A DNA stretch of 52,358 bases, counting the filler, from Bipalium vagum (taxonomy: Eukaryota), in NCBI GenBank assembly GCA_037834085.1. It is 3 parts of 3 records of this genome, joined end to end, with 100 filler letters (N's around TTAATTAATTAA, not from the genome) between each part and the next. Parts side by side here need not be neighbours in the genome. Positions count along the whole stretch, not along the records: positions 36,211 to 52,358 come from JBBMKC010124975.1; 2 more parts are not named here. One strand, given 5' to 3'. Below, piece by piece: positions 39,900 through 52,285 of the stretch. Under the pieces are notes generated by a model. It was given only the letters and a program-made list of their open reading frames with translations. It had not been told where the DNA came from and ran no database searches. The position numbers and the translations under genes were made by a program. Numbering within the stretch: position 1 is the stretch's first letter; every line of letters begins with the position of its first letter.

Positions 39900-40503
39900 T
39901 CATGAGGAAAGGAAATTTAATCGAAAATTCATGAACCTCTTCGGCAGTAACCAAACTTATTCTGAAATTTAGAACAATTGGCAATGTATTCCATTGGAGG
40001 CTATTAAGTAAAACCGCTATTAAAGATGTATTGAATGATACTGATGGAAAACGTCCAGTCGAAGATTATCCATAGAAACTAATATTCCACCAACCTTGGA
40101 TTCAAAGAGTTTAGAAAGATGAGAAGTTGAAGCCATATTAAATACAACTGGTTCAGGAGTTAATTCATGACCTTTTCGTTCACCAGATCTGACACCATTT
40201 GATTATAGGTTTTGAGTTGAAGGCAAGGATTTTCCATTACAAAACACGAAAAAAATTATAGAAATGGAAAACCGAATAAAAGAAAAATGCTGTCGTTTTA
40301 TTCCCGAAGAGCTACAAACTGTAATATTGTTCTTCCAACGAAGAATGGAAGAATGCTATCCTCTCAAGGCAAGCATTTTAAGAATATATTATAGGAAAAT
40401 CTTTTGTATTCGACTTAGTAAATACATTATGTGTCATTAATAATATCAATTTTTGTCAATTTTATTCATCGTTTACTTTTTTCTTTGGTTTTGAAATAAC
40501 CTG
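39900..40503 (+). mobile_element. maT/DD37D-like transposon 3' relic
   Basis: PFRSPDLTPFDY motif; end ...GAAATAACCTG|TA. Confidence 0.65.
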
Positions 40504-40617
40504 TATATGAGATAAAATTCAACCAAAATTGAAAGGGTTTAGATTAGAATTTGATTGAAAGATGAATATTTAAAAATATTACTTTATTTTTTTTATTTAA
40601 TATTTTATTGTAATTTA

Positions 40618-41568
40618 CTTAGTAGGCTAAAAAGTACTTAGACTCTACCAGAAATAATGAATATATTTGAATAAATTTTACACATAAAATAACAATTGTG
40701 TACATGCATGAAATATATGATTTATTTAAAGATTCTAATTTTTGTTTCCACTAGGTATGATAAATTTTTAAAAATTTCAAAATGTAGAATTCCTAAGTGC
40801 TATCTGATTTTTACTACTGAATGGATCTACCAAGTAGGAAATTATTTATGAGCTGAAAGGGGAATAAGGTGACGAAGCCCCATGTAAGGCTACCAATTAT
40901 AAATGAATTTTTCATCTAACCGTACAAATGTTTATAAAACATTCAAAAATGGAAGACCTGTCGAAATTATTACAAAATTGAAAGAAATTTTAACGTATTT
41001 ATAACAAAAATGAAAATATTTATATTACTAAAATGATTTTTATAGAATACCAAAAATTAAAAAATAGCTATGACGATAATATAAACGCTTTTTAATAATA
41101 TAAACTCCAATACTCTCTAGCATGTTCTGCAGAGTCTTCATGCTTAAATCAAGTTTAGTTGAACGCTCTCTCTGGATAATTTGCCTTTCTTCTTTGACCA
41201 TTATCTTCAATTTTTCTAACTTTTGTTCCCAAATTTCTCGAGGTCATCCACTTTTTTCTTCGTCAAAAAAACAGGAAAACTCTCTGATTCAATTGTATAC
41301 AGTAGCCTTGCATGGTGCTTCATTTCCATATGCTTCATCCAGTTGAGAAATAATCTCCTTCTTTTCTGTCTTCTTCAACAGCAAAAACAGTATGGCGCTT
41401 CGGAATTCAACTTGATGATATATTTTTTCAAAAAAGTCGTACCTTATCACTTAAAACCAATATAGTAATACTTACCTATATATTTCCTATAAAACTTACC
41501 TATATAAATTTCATGAAATTCTTAATTATATTTCTATGCGAGTCTAAGGACTTTTTATTCACACCAAG
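40618..41568. mobile_element. Two convergent mariner 5' halves with TIRs at the outer ends
   Basis: Matching TIRs (CTT.GT..TAAAAAGT.CTTAGACTC) at 40618 (+) and 41568 (-); both halves encode EF.SAI.FLLL...EII...G.EAPCKAT. Confidence 0.75.
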
Positions 41569-41959
41569 CACCATTCTTTGACATATTATGAGAACCAGGT
41601 TTGGTTTTAGCTATCAAAAATTTAGTATTGTTGTTTCTTATTTTCAATCTCTTTTAATTCATAGGCCATATCCGAAAACTGAATTCTAAAAATGTTATAT
41701 ATTTTGTTTTATTTAACTTCATTGCATTTCTCAAAATATTTGAACTTGTCATCAAAATAAAATGTGGAAAATACCACATTATGATAATAAAACCAAATAA
41801 TTTAAAATTCAAAGACCTCTTCATTCAATTTTTCCTCATAATAAAACAAATTAAACGGTTTTCGCTTGTTTATTTGTCATTTTTATAATTTAAACAAAAC
41901 GGACAAAAAATGAACAGTCAGGATAATATTCGAATTTTTTTATGAATAGTTCCGTTTTG

Positions 41960-42004
41960 ATTGGTTGACAAATTATTCGTTCAGGATTTTGTTTTGCATA
42001 AATA
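41960..42004 (+). promoter_or_regulatory. Candidate CCAAT (ATTGG) and TATA-like boxes of the LRR gene
   Basis: GATTGGTT at about 41960 and CATAAATA at 41997, just upstream of ATG 42043. Confidence 0.35.
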
Positions 42005-42042
42005 TTAATTAAACAGATTATTTTTATCTTCCTAAATTCCTT

Positions 42043-43017
42043 ATGATAACATTAAATACTTCGAAAATAATCATTCTTTACACTTCGGTTTTTTTTTCCG
42101 AAATAATTTTCGTTTTATGTGAAATTAGTTGTCCTAACATCAATTGCTACATTGTAAAATCAGACGATCAATTGGTTTTGGACTGTTGGTCCCAATCTAA
42201 TTCAACCACATCGGAAAGGTATCGCTTGATCAAGTGTCAATTTGACTCGGAAAGAAAAGCCGTTTTTCTCACTCCGTTATCTGCAAATGATAATCTTGTA
42301 GATCGAATTGCAACCGGAATCTTTAGGACAATTTTGAATTCAACTTCAGATATACAAGAGTTAGTTATCAATCACATCACGATCAAAAAACTGACCAGAT
42401 CGGATTTTACATATTTATCAAAGCTTAAAGTGTTAAATATAATGAATCCAGTCGAAATGGAAGAAGATAGCTTGATTGATGTTATTTATCCAGAATATTT
42501 TCAGATTTATATTTATTGCACCGGGGATCACCGGGAAAATTCAGGTATCTCAAAATTGCGAATCAACACAGAAAAATGGAGAATCATTATAAGAGGTTGT
42601 ATGTATACTCACCAGTGTACGTTCTATGGTTTCCCAAATGATTTGAAGATAATTAATGAGTTTTATCTAAATCTTCAGTGGAACAGCGAATTTGTGCAAT
42701 CTGAGAAAGTGATTAAAAGTAATTCGTGTCGAAAGCAAAATAAAAGTCGAGCATTAAGCACCAAGTCCAGTGTAAGCATGGGAAATACGCTTTCTAAAAT
42801 TAACAAAATTCTGAATATCAGTTTAAACAGTTTAAAATTAGAAAGAAACAAAAATGAACAAATGGATAAAACTAATATGTTTATCATCTTTTCAGGTCTC
42901 TTAAGCTCGATTTTGATAATCTGTTTTGTTATCTTCGGCATTTGGGTGTTTCGTGAAAGGCAAAAAAGTAAACCTTATGGCGCTAAACATACAATTGTTC
43001 TTTACGAAGACCGTTAA
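42043..43017 (+). CDS. Intronless type I membrane protein with LRRNT-like Cys cap and 1-2 degenerate LRRs (324 aa)
   Basis: Hydrophobic leader; SCPNINC...LDC; IQELVINHITIKKLTRSDFTYLSKLKVLNI; TM MFIIFSGLLSSILIICFVIFGIWVF; basic stop-transfer and a 21-aa tail. Confidence 0.8.
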   Translation: MITLNTSKIIILYTSVFFSEIIFVLCEISCPNINCYIVKSDDQLVLDCWSQSNSTTSERYRLIKCQFDSERKAVFLTPLSANDNLVDRIATGIFRTILNSTSDIQELVINHITIKKLTRSDFTYLSKLKVLNIMNPVEMEEDSLIDVIYPEYFQIYIYCTGDHRENSGISKLRINTEKWRIIIRGCMYTHQCTFYGFPNDLKIINEFYLNLQWNSEFVQSEKVIKSNSCRKQNKSRALSTKSSVSMGNTLSKINKILNISLNSLKLERNKNEQMDKTNMFIIFSGLLSSILIICFVIFGIWVFRERQKSKPYGAKHTIVLYEDR

Positions 43018-43242
43018 TTTATAGATTGACTGTTATTTTATTTGTCTCAAGTGTAGATAGCATCATTATTTTATTCAGTTGACATTTAAAAATGACTTAT
43101 TGGTATGAAATATAAATTATTATTATTATCATTATTATTGTTTTAATTTTAATTAATTAATTAATATTTAATTATTGGTCTATTTAATCGTTTTTTAATC
43201 GTTTGTTAAGTAAAAATATATGGAGAATTAGTGAAAATTAAT

Positions 43243-43310
43243 TGGAGATACTGGAATTCGAATCCAGGACCTTTCACATGCGCATGGACTGCTCTGACCC
43301 CAGAGTGAAA
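43243..43310 (-). pseudogene. tRNA-Ala-derived pseudogene or SINE head
   Basis: Minus strand ...GCGCATGTGAAAGGTC-CTGGA-TTCGAAT-TCCAG-TATCTCCA has an intact T arm and an Ala-type 3' end; the acceptor 5' strand and anticodon stem are broken. Confidence 0.7.
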
Positions 43311-46162
43311 TCATTTTTCGACAATATTTTTAATATTCATTATTAAAGATTTTATATTTTGATATTTTCACAATGATTAAAAAATATAATAAAAGATTTG
43401 TTTTTAATATTCTGAAATTGTTGAAATTTATTTTTCAGGATGATGTTTAGCCTTGCGAACTAAAATTAATGCAGCCATTATCAGGTTACCAAGAATTTTT
43501 ATGTCTGTACTTGATGAAAACCATTATTATTTTAAATAAATTTACACAAAATTATCGGAAAAATTTATTTAAAAATTGAATTATAATTAAAGAAATAAAT
43601 AAATTGTGGGAAAATAGATATCTGTTATCTATGTACCATCACTATTTAAATCTATCTGTCGATTTTTTAGATAAAAATAAAATAAATGAAGTTAAATTGT
43701 TGATCACATTTATCACTGATGACATATTTTTGTCAAAATGTATTGAATATTGCAGGTAATGATCTTAAGATTTGATAAGGGAAGCTTTGGTGAATTGTTA
43801 ACAAGGCTGATTCAGGAACCAATGTATAACATAAATAGATCAATTAACGTACCACTGTGCTAGAGTAAACATATTTTCATACCTTTAGTAAATATGAATC
43901 TTTTCTAACTGACATGAATATTATTACGAAATTATATGATTGTATGAATTTAAAAGTTCAGAGGTTTTATCTGTATTCGATGAAAACAATCTGGTCTTGT
44001 TTGAATAATTATGTTCTCTAAATTCCATTCTGCGCTATTCAAAAAAATATTCATTATTGCAAATTTTTTTTTCTAAGTCAAACCAGTATTATTTATTCAT
44101 ATAATTTATTTATTTATTAAATTTATATTTTTTTATTAATAATATAAATATTACACTTAATTAAATTATTATTATATTAGTACCCGCGATATCGAACAAT
44201 TTATTTTGTGAAATTGAAGAAATTCAATTAATTATTCATAAAAGTTTTACAATAAAATTTTTCTGATCGTAATTAGAAATAAATAGTTTATGATGATGAT
44301 GAAGAAGATGAAGAAGATGATATTATTGAAGGCTATTTGTGCATAATTCGATTAAGAAAAAAAAAGTTTTTTAGGAACAAACCTAGTGATACTTATCGAG
44401 CTGTTCTATCTAATTCATTTTTGGGAAATTTGGCTGATGAAATAAAATAAAAATCTTTTTGTTATCGGTAAATAACGAAAAATATAGTTAACATTTAGAA
44501 TCATGTTTATGTAACTTGAATGGAAAAAACTTAGATCTACTTCATTTGCGTTTCTGAAGATAATCACGAAATACGTCCTCACAAAAATGAATCCGATAAA
44601 TATGTTTGGTATTCTTTAGTTAAGACATTCATAGTGTTAAAGACCTTATCATTTTTCAAGTGAAGATCATCATTGCTAACTATGTTTAAATATCCACATA
44701 AAAAACCTAAGATTCAATATTCCGCTTCTTGTAATAAACATTTTGAAAAGCAACCCCGGGTCAAGAGTATCAATACAAACTGTTAGTTTGAGGAAGTAAA
44801 TTATAAACAAAAATTATGCATCTACCATATCCATTTAATTTAGAATATGTCGATTTTCCATGTTTTGAACATGTAACTCAAATGATAGAGTGAAGAATTT
44901 TTAACATACAAGAAATGATAAAATAACTGTCCAAGATTTTTAATTTTAATTTTAATTTGAAGGCCAAAATTTCTTGAAACTGTAATCTAAACACTGTTAA
45001 AGCTACGCGAGATTATTAAAGCTGGTGAAACTTATTTTGAATAAATATAAACGAATTTCGTAGCGAAATCAAATCGGACATGTTATAGTCACCAATCTAC
45101 TAATTAAATATTTTAAAATTTTATTAAATTAAAAAATATATTTATTTTTATTTATTTAATAAATAAATAATTCATTTTATGCTATATTATTGGGAAAATT
45201 TTGTTCAAGATATTAAATAAATATTTATAAATTTTATAAAAATTTTAAAGGTTTTTATACTTTGAACAGGGTCTTGAAAAATTGATTAAATGAACAAATA
45301 TCTGATAAATTTAAAAATATTATGAATTGGTTCAAAAATCAAATGATTAAATAGAATAAATATTTATTCTTGCACTTTAAAATATATCATAAACTATTGA
45401 ATCCGGTATGAGATGGATTAACATTGGTAATATAATAAACCCAGGCATGGCTGAGTGAAATGCTGAATTTCCTGTAAATTATTAATAATCACTTTAAATT
45501 ATGTATAGATTTTTAAATTAATGATTTTATTTATCAATATAAATGTGAATATATCATGTGATTATCAAAGGTTTGATAATTTAAATAAAATACATTTTAA
45601 TTTTAAAAGTGCTTTATATTTTATAAAAACATTTTTCTGTAAAAATAACCTTTCGAAGTATCACCTATGGATTATAAGAATACGATATAATCAATCTAGT
45701 TGAATAAGAGATTAAAACAAATTGAAGTCTTATAATGATTTCTGTATTCTTAACTTTTTAGCTCTTATACCAATGTTATTATATTGTATGTATTATTATA
45801 TTATAATGTATCTTCTTATACCAACACTGTTAGATCTTCAATAGGAAATCCTTCGGTATCAAGAATACTCTGTAAGAGATTTTCTCTAATTCAAGGTCAA
45901 TGACACATTCTCTGAAATGTGTTTAATTTAATTCGTAAGAAGATTTTCAAAATTAGATGTCCAATTTGATTATTTCTAAAGGAAATTAATATTATTGCCA
46001 CGAAACATACATATTGCCAGATTTATGTGAGAGAATTATTTTAACGATGAAAAGAACTGATTAATTTTATTGTATCTATTTATCATTAAAAGTTGTTTAA
46101 AAAGTATAAAATTAATGCACCGTCATATTATTTTGGCCGTTCCTTTTCCTAGGCATATTACA

Positions 46163-47462
46163 CAGGCCCCGTCAAAAGTCTGAGCCCACCTTCAAAAATT
46201 GAATTGATTTCATTTTTTATCCATTGGCATGACATTAATTTAGATGTATGTATTTATATAATTCTGACCTATATCAATTTATTGTTTTTTCATTAATATT
46301 ATATAATTATCAGTATTATTCTTGTCAAATAAATACTTTTGTTTAAATAATGACTGAACTATATGCTAAAAAAGGGCTAAAATTTTGATTTTTTCGCGTC
46401 GAAGGTTATTCGCAGAGACAAATTGCGACGAGAATGAATGTGTCAGGGGGAGCTGTTTGGCGTTCAATCCCTATATGACTTGGATAAATTATTCAAGTCC
46501 AAGCAACGATGTGAAAGGCCAAAAGTAACAACAGTTCAAACTGATAGATTGATTCATCGGTTGTCCTGTACTCGACCTTTTGCACCAACAAGTGAAATTA
46601 GATTACAACTTCCTCTAGATGCACCAGTAAGCATCGACGGCTTAGACACGATTTCTCGTTGCACTCCAGAAAACCTGCAATAAACCCGAGACTTTCTTTA
46701 AAAAAAGTTAAAGACCGTCTTCTCTTTTGTAACAAATATAAGAATTGGAAGCCCATAGATTGGCACATTTTTTCAGACGAATGTAAGATCCAGCAATTCT
46801 CTCCCAATGTTATACGCGTCTGGAGACCTGACGGCACAAGGTTTGACCCAAAATATACTGTCATGAATGTAAAACATTCTCCTTCGGTTATGGTCTGGTC
46901 ATCAATGTCATATGATGGTGTGGGTAATTTATGTTTTGTTCCTGCTGGTACAACTATTAGATCTACGGAGTACATTGACATATTAAGCCAACACCTACCA
47001 ATTGAAACTGGTAAAATCTTTTAGCATGATGAGGCCACTTATCATAAAGCTAAGGCCGTAAAAGAATTTATCTCTCTTCACAATATGGAGGTACTTTGTC
47101 CATGGCCTGGAAATTCCCCCGACCTCTCACCAATTGAAAACCGCTGGTCCGAATTGAAGAAAAAAGTCTCAAATCTCAATTCAACATCAATTAATGACCT
47201 AAAAATGAAAATTAATCAAGTGTGGAGAAATGATATCTCGCTTGACTATTGCAAACATTTAATTAAGTCAATGCCTAATCGTATTGCAGCAGTCATTAAA
47301 GCTAAAGAACAGATCACAAAATATTAAATTTGTTTAATAATGTTCATTCATAATAAATGTTGTACATAATATATACATTTTTTGGAATTAATACGTCTTT
47401 TCAAATGTACAATAGAAATTTACATTTTTTTGAAGATGGGCTCAGACTTTTGACGGGGACTT
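46163..47462 (+). mobile_element. Full-length degenerate Tc1 (DD34E-type), 1300 bp
   Basis: TIR CCCCGTCAAAAGTCTGAGCCCA.CTTCAAAAA at both ends; FSDECK, VKHSPSVMVW, WPGNSPDLSPIENRW; frameshifts and stops. Confidence 0.95.
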
Positions 47463-47479
47463 TAGATGATGATGTGATC

Positions 47480-48360
47480 CCCATTGAGGCTTAGTTCTAT
47501 GATGAGAGATAGCAGCTCTTCGATTTCATTAGTTGAAATTATTAATTAAACATCCAATTTCAATTTTTACAGCTTTGATCGATCGTTGGGTATCAAGATG
47601 TCCAATGACATTCTGTTCCTGGTTCATGTCAGGCCTCTGTTTACACATCCTTGACCATAGATAAATTAAAATCGACGTGGTTAGGTCTCCAATCTGGTGA
47701 AAATGTTAATGAATAATTATATAAATCATGTACCTTCTCTATCCGTAAAATCAGGTAGAGGCAAACTGAGTGATCATGAAACCGTGCTTTTTAAAAGAAA
47801 TTATGAACATTTATTTATGATATTGTGAATTATTTTTCTGAGCCTATGTTAGTTATCAAAGTACTCTGTTTTGACTAATCATAGTTCAGTGATGTATTTT
47901 ATTAATAAACAAAATTAATTAATATGTTCTCCATTGCTTATTTGATTTTATTAAAACATTTTGAATTTGGCTTCCACAAGCAGGTAATGATTTTATTTTT
48001 ATCGATGTTTTAAGTATCTCTTAATTCTTCTCTTGTGAAATTGGTCTCTGTAGACACTTGAATCATTATGATCATCAATCATTTTAAGAGTTTTTAGTAC
48101 CATCTTGTTGGTCTTTCTTGTCTTTCTCCAATAATTTTGTCATGAACAAAAATTTTAATTCGATTAGAATTACTTTTTTCTCCTTTCTAATCATAGTACT
48201 GTAGTCTACCACGTCTTCTAGGCGTCATGTAAAAAATTGAACTATTTCTATATCATGCCTTTCTTGCGTCAAACAAAAACAATATCTCTATAAAATCTAT
48301 ACGTCTTTCTTATTATTGTATAATGAGTAAACCCGTTGTTCGTGAGGTACATAAACATTC
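47480..48360 (-). mobile_element. Highly decayed Tc1/mariner-superfamily relic
   Basis: SPD...TTSDF-like trace near 47680 and PRRRGR linker near 48210. Confidence 0.35.
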
Positions 48361-48649
48361 TTGCTTGTATTCCCCTTTGACAGCATTTCAACAATTAAAT
48401 TAGAAAGGCTGACTCGAGTTTTCTTGTGTTCATTCAATTAGTTTACATAGCACTGTATAGATATTAGAAATGAAAATATGGGAATATTATTTTTAATTAA
48501 AAAAGAAAATTTTTTCCAAACTATATATAGGCACCTAAAATTTTGAGCAATGGTCTGCCGCTGTTTTCTTGAATTTTGACTCTTTTTAACTAATTTTTTC
48601 CATTTCAAAAATGTTTTTCGAAAGGCATTCTCTGCTTTTCATCTTCATT

Positions 48650-48652
<3 letters not shown>

Positions 48653-48682
<30 letters not shown>
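48653..48682. repeat. (AT)n microsatellite
   Basis: Direct reading. Confidence 0.95.
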
Positions 48683-48684
<2 letters not shown>

Positions 48685-49743
48685 CGACATCCTGATTGCT
48701 GAATCAGAAGCCCTGATCTACGAACATCCCTTACAGTCAATAATGCTTAAACGAAAGATGCCAGATCTGTTTTTTTAAAACATAAATGATTAATAAAAAT
48801 AAGACAAGCATAAATAAATATGACAAGTTGTTATTATTTAATAAAGTTTAACTGCTATTCTGCTTTAAATTATTTTGTGTATAGGGGGATACGTAGGGGG
48901 GACGTAGAGGACGACCCGGGGACCCATTGTCGCTCCGGGCGAGAATATTTTCGATTTTGTTGTTTTTTATTTTCATTTTAATCTTTAATCTTCAATCTAA
49001 ATTTCATTTAGATCATATTGTATTGAGTTTTTGCTTTGACATGAAGATTTTTATAGAGTTGATAAGAAATCCGTTTCAAACATTTGAACTATTTTGATTT
49101 AGTAACGAGTGCAAAAGGTGGTTTTGAAGAATTTAATAAAGTTTTATTGTGATTGTTTTAATTCAGTTTTTGGGTGCGAAAAATGTTTTATTATGGAGAT
49201 TTTGATTCAATTGAGGCAACTGTAAAAGTAAAGCGAACACATCATTAGAAAGTGATGGATCGTGCCTCTACAATACTAACAGTACAAAAATAGTTTTTAC
49301 ATTAAATTTTAGTCCCATGTACATATACTATACTTTTTAAATAATTCAATTAAAATTTAAGTAAACTTATACAAATAAAAGCTAAAATATATATTAATGT
49401 ACCTAGTAAATTAAAAAATCGAAAAATAAACATTTATTTTTCAATTTTTAGTTAGATTTTATATAATTATTCTAGAAAATTATCCGAGAATATCAGTTTG
49501 AAATTAATAAAATAAAGACAAAAAGTAATTAGTGATTTTAATTTTTTATTTTGTGATATAAATTGAATTACAAACGAAAATTTGATTTTAATTTTTGTAT
49601 TTTTATTACAGGAAAATTGTTTTAAATGTTGTTATAACAGAAACTTAATTTCTATGTTGATGTTTCACAATATTTATTTTCGTTGATTTATAAATATGTA
49701 ATTTAATTTAGAATTTCTTATAATTTCATAATCTATTTAGATA

Positions 49744-50238
49744 ATGCAAGTAAACAATTATCCACAATTACCTACCAGTATAAACGAAAATGTTAGACGT
49801 TGATTTTATGTTGTCTCACTGTAAAATAATGTTTAGGATAGAATAAATCGAATTCAAAATTGGATAAACAATTTATGGGAAACAGAATCAACATCATATG
49901 CACCTTCAGCTCCAGATTCTTCCGTATCCAATTTTTCTAACGTAATAAGATCCCATGTACAAGCATCAGATCAAATGTATGTGCAGCAAAACGATTTCGA
50001 TGATAATAACATCATCAAAACTTCCGATGGCATTAGTCGTCGGTTATTTACGGATAAGGAGATTCGACTGTTGGTCTTAATATTTAAAGAGTATTTTGAA
50101 AGTAATTCCACCCCAACATTGGCAGATGTTCGCCGAAAAATCAGCCGCACCATTCTCGAGATTAATCGAGGCGCAAATAGTGTCCGTTCAAAGTTTAAGC
50201 GCTTATTAACCGATAATCAGTGGACCAGTTATTTGTAA
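49744..50238 (+). CDS. Spliced 149-aa protein with C-terminal Myb/SANT-like HTH (exons 49744-49791, 49837-50238)
   Basis: 45-nt GT-AG phase-0 intron (49792-49836) joins the frames; RRLFTDKEIRLL...F...PTLADVRRKI...RGANSVRSKFKRL pattern. An acceptor at 49740 suggests a further upstream exon. Confidence 0.65.
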
Positions 50239-51491
50239 CGCAAGTTGGAATGTGTTTGGCATTTCCTTATTTCTTTAAGTCAATAGATTTCTGCGATCAT
50301 TGTTGAAACACGAACATTGTCAGATTTTCCTATCTTAGAAGTTATCACAAAATATCGATTATAATTTTGATTTTAAGTATGTCCTGAGATGATGCTTTTG
50401 AAAATTATTTTAAGATTTACTTTCCGTTTTGTTCGGAAATAGCTTGCCATTGTTTTCGTTAAATTCTTTGCGAAAGCCAATTTTTTTCAGTGTAACACTG
50501 TGCAATGTTGTTTGTTTTAACAAAACTATTCGCATTTTTATCCACATTGCTCCTTGTACCGTTGTGTGTTTGGAGATGAAATATTCTGCCTTATCTTTAG
50601 CGTGAAATTTCTGCTCATTTGGATGATTTTATTACTCTATCTAATCTGTGCTCTGCTCGCGGTTTCTGGTGTCCAATGTTGTGTTTGGCTGTTTGTTGAT
50701 TCTTCAGTGAAATGTTCAGCATTTAATTATTATTCCGTTTTAAAATAGCAGAAAAATCGAAAGGCTTGATATATTAAATAAACGGAATTATGCTTTATTA
50801 AAGTCAGATAAGTTTAAAGCTTTTTTGAACGTTTACTTGTCAAATTTTGTGAAATCAGTTTAAGTAGTTAACCAGGTTTACGTATGTTATGATATTGAAA
50901 GTTGGTCAATTGATTATTGTTGTTCTATGTTAAAACTTCCTTTCAAGCACAATATATCTGTATTCTAACTGAAATTTTTTATGGCCGAGTTGAAATCAGT
51001 AACATAATATTCTGAAGTTGTTCCCTTGTAAAATTTATATAAGAAATTAAATTGATCCATTTTAAATTATTCCAATGTTTATATTTTAAAATGATTTGTT
51101 TTTTATCCGAAATTTTTTTGGTTACATAATAATATTTTGTAGGTGACTAATTTGTTAAATTAATTAAATATTTAAAAGGTTTATTAATATTCTTATATTC
51201 TTGCACTTTTACGAAACTTATAATATGAAGGCTTCTGTGATGATTTGTAAGACTTCGTTTAGTTAAAATTTTTCAGACCGAAGTTTAATTAATTTGATTT
51301 CGTGTCTAAAATTGTGAAGCCAGCTGAAATAAAGTTTATTAATGTTTGATATTAAAATATCCATCGAGATATATATGTAATGTAAGAAGATTAAGTTTGT
51401 ATTAATATTAAATTATCAAATACAACCTAATATTATTCAAATAAATTTTTACAAACAAGATGATCAAATGTTAAGCGTTTAGGAATAACTC

Positions 51492-52285
51492 TGTCGTCAA
51501 AACAATACTTTTTACTAGAGATGACAGGTGGTGATTAGATGATACAATAATAAGATCTTGAACTCAAACATTTTTTTACTATTATACCTTGACTTAGTAA
51601 CGTGTGCCCGTTTACTTGTAACTCCTCACTTTTATAAAATGTTGTGCCCGTTCCCTTTTCAACCTTATCTGAATCAAAACACCCGCAATAATACTGTATC
51701 CGCACCCTAAGAACTGAATCAAAACGTCTAAAATAAAACTTTATTGATAAAAAACAATCCCTAATATACTGGTCACCACGATAAGTCTCTAATAAGTCCA
51801 ACAACAGAAAATAAATAATAAAATAAAAAACCTACTATTAATGAGATAAGAGAGAAAGAGAAAATCACCAAGAGAAGTGTGGAAAGTATCACCAGAAATC
51901 GAAAATAAACGGTCTCACCAAGAGCGACAAGGGGTCTCCATCAAGGCCGTTTCCAAGCTCGCTAGGTCCCCTTGTGAAATTCTTCTGCGTTGTCATGTCT
52001 ACGGAAAGTTTGATATACCTGCGTCATCGTCCTAAATTCGTAGTCTCCGTAATCGTCCTGAATGCGTAGTTGTCCGTAATTTTTCTTGCATCGTCGTCCT
52101 GAATTCGTAGTCTCCGTAGTTTTCTGCTTTCTTAGCATTAGTGGCAAACTGATGGGATTAGCCGTCTCTTTATATAGTCGCAGGGATTGGCTACGATCAC
52201 CAATCCCTACCCTCCGAGATGGCTATCTCTATCAATAGCCTTTTATTACTTTCCCTGTCTCTACGACGAGATAGAAAGAACTACA
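51492..52285 (-). mobile_element. Solo-LTR-like segment 3
   Basis: Minus strand starts TGTAG; two palindromes then CTATATAAAG; internal ~24-bp repeats; 3' end either ...CCTGTCA (51522) or ...GACGACA (51492). No TSD found. Confidence 0.6.

Noticed and set aside
43712-43750. CTGATGA-CATATTTTTGTC-AAAA hammerhead-like string
   Set aside because: GAAA is absent, stem II overlaps the core, and stem I does not pair.
44551-44580. CTGAAGA...CGAAATACGTC hammerhead-like string
   Set aside because: No stem II or stem I pairing.
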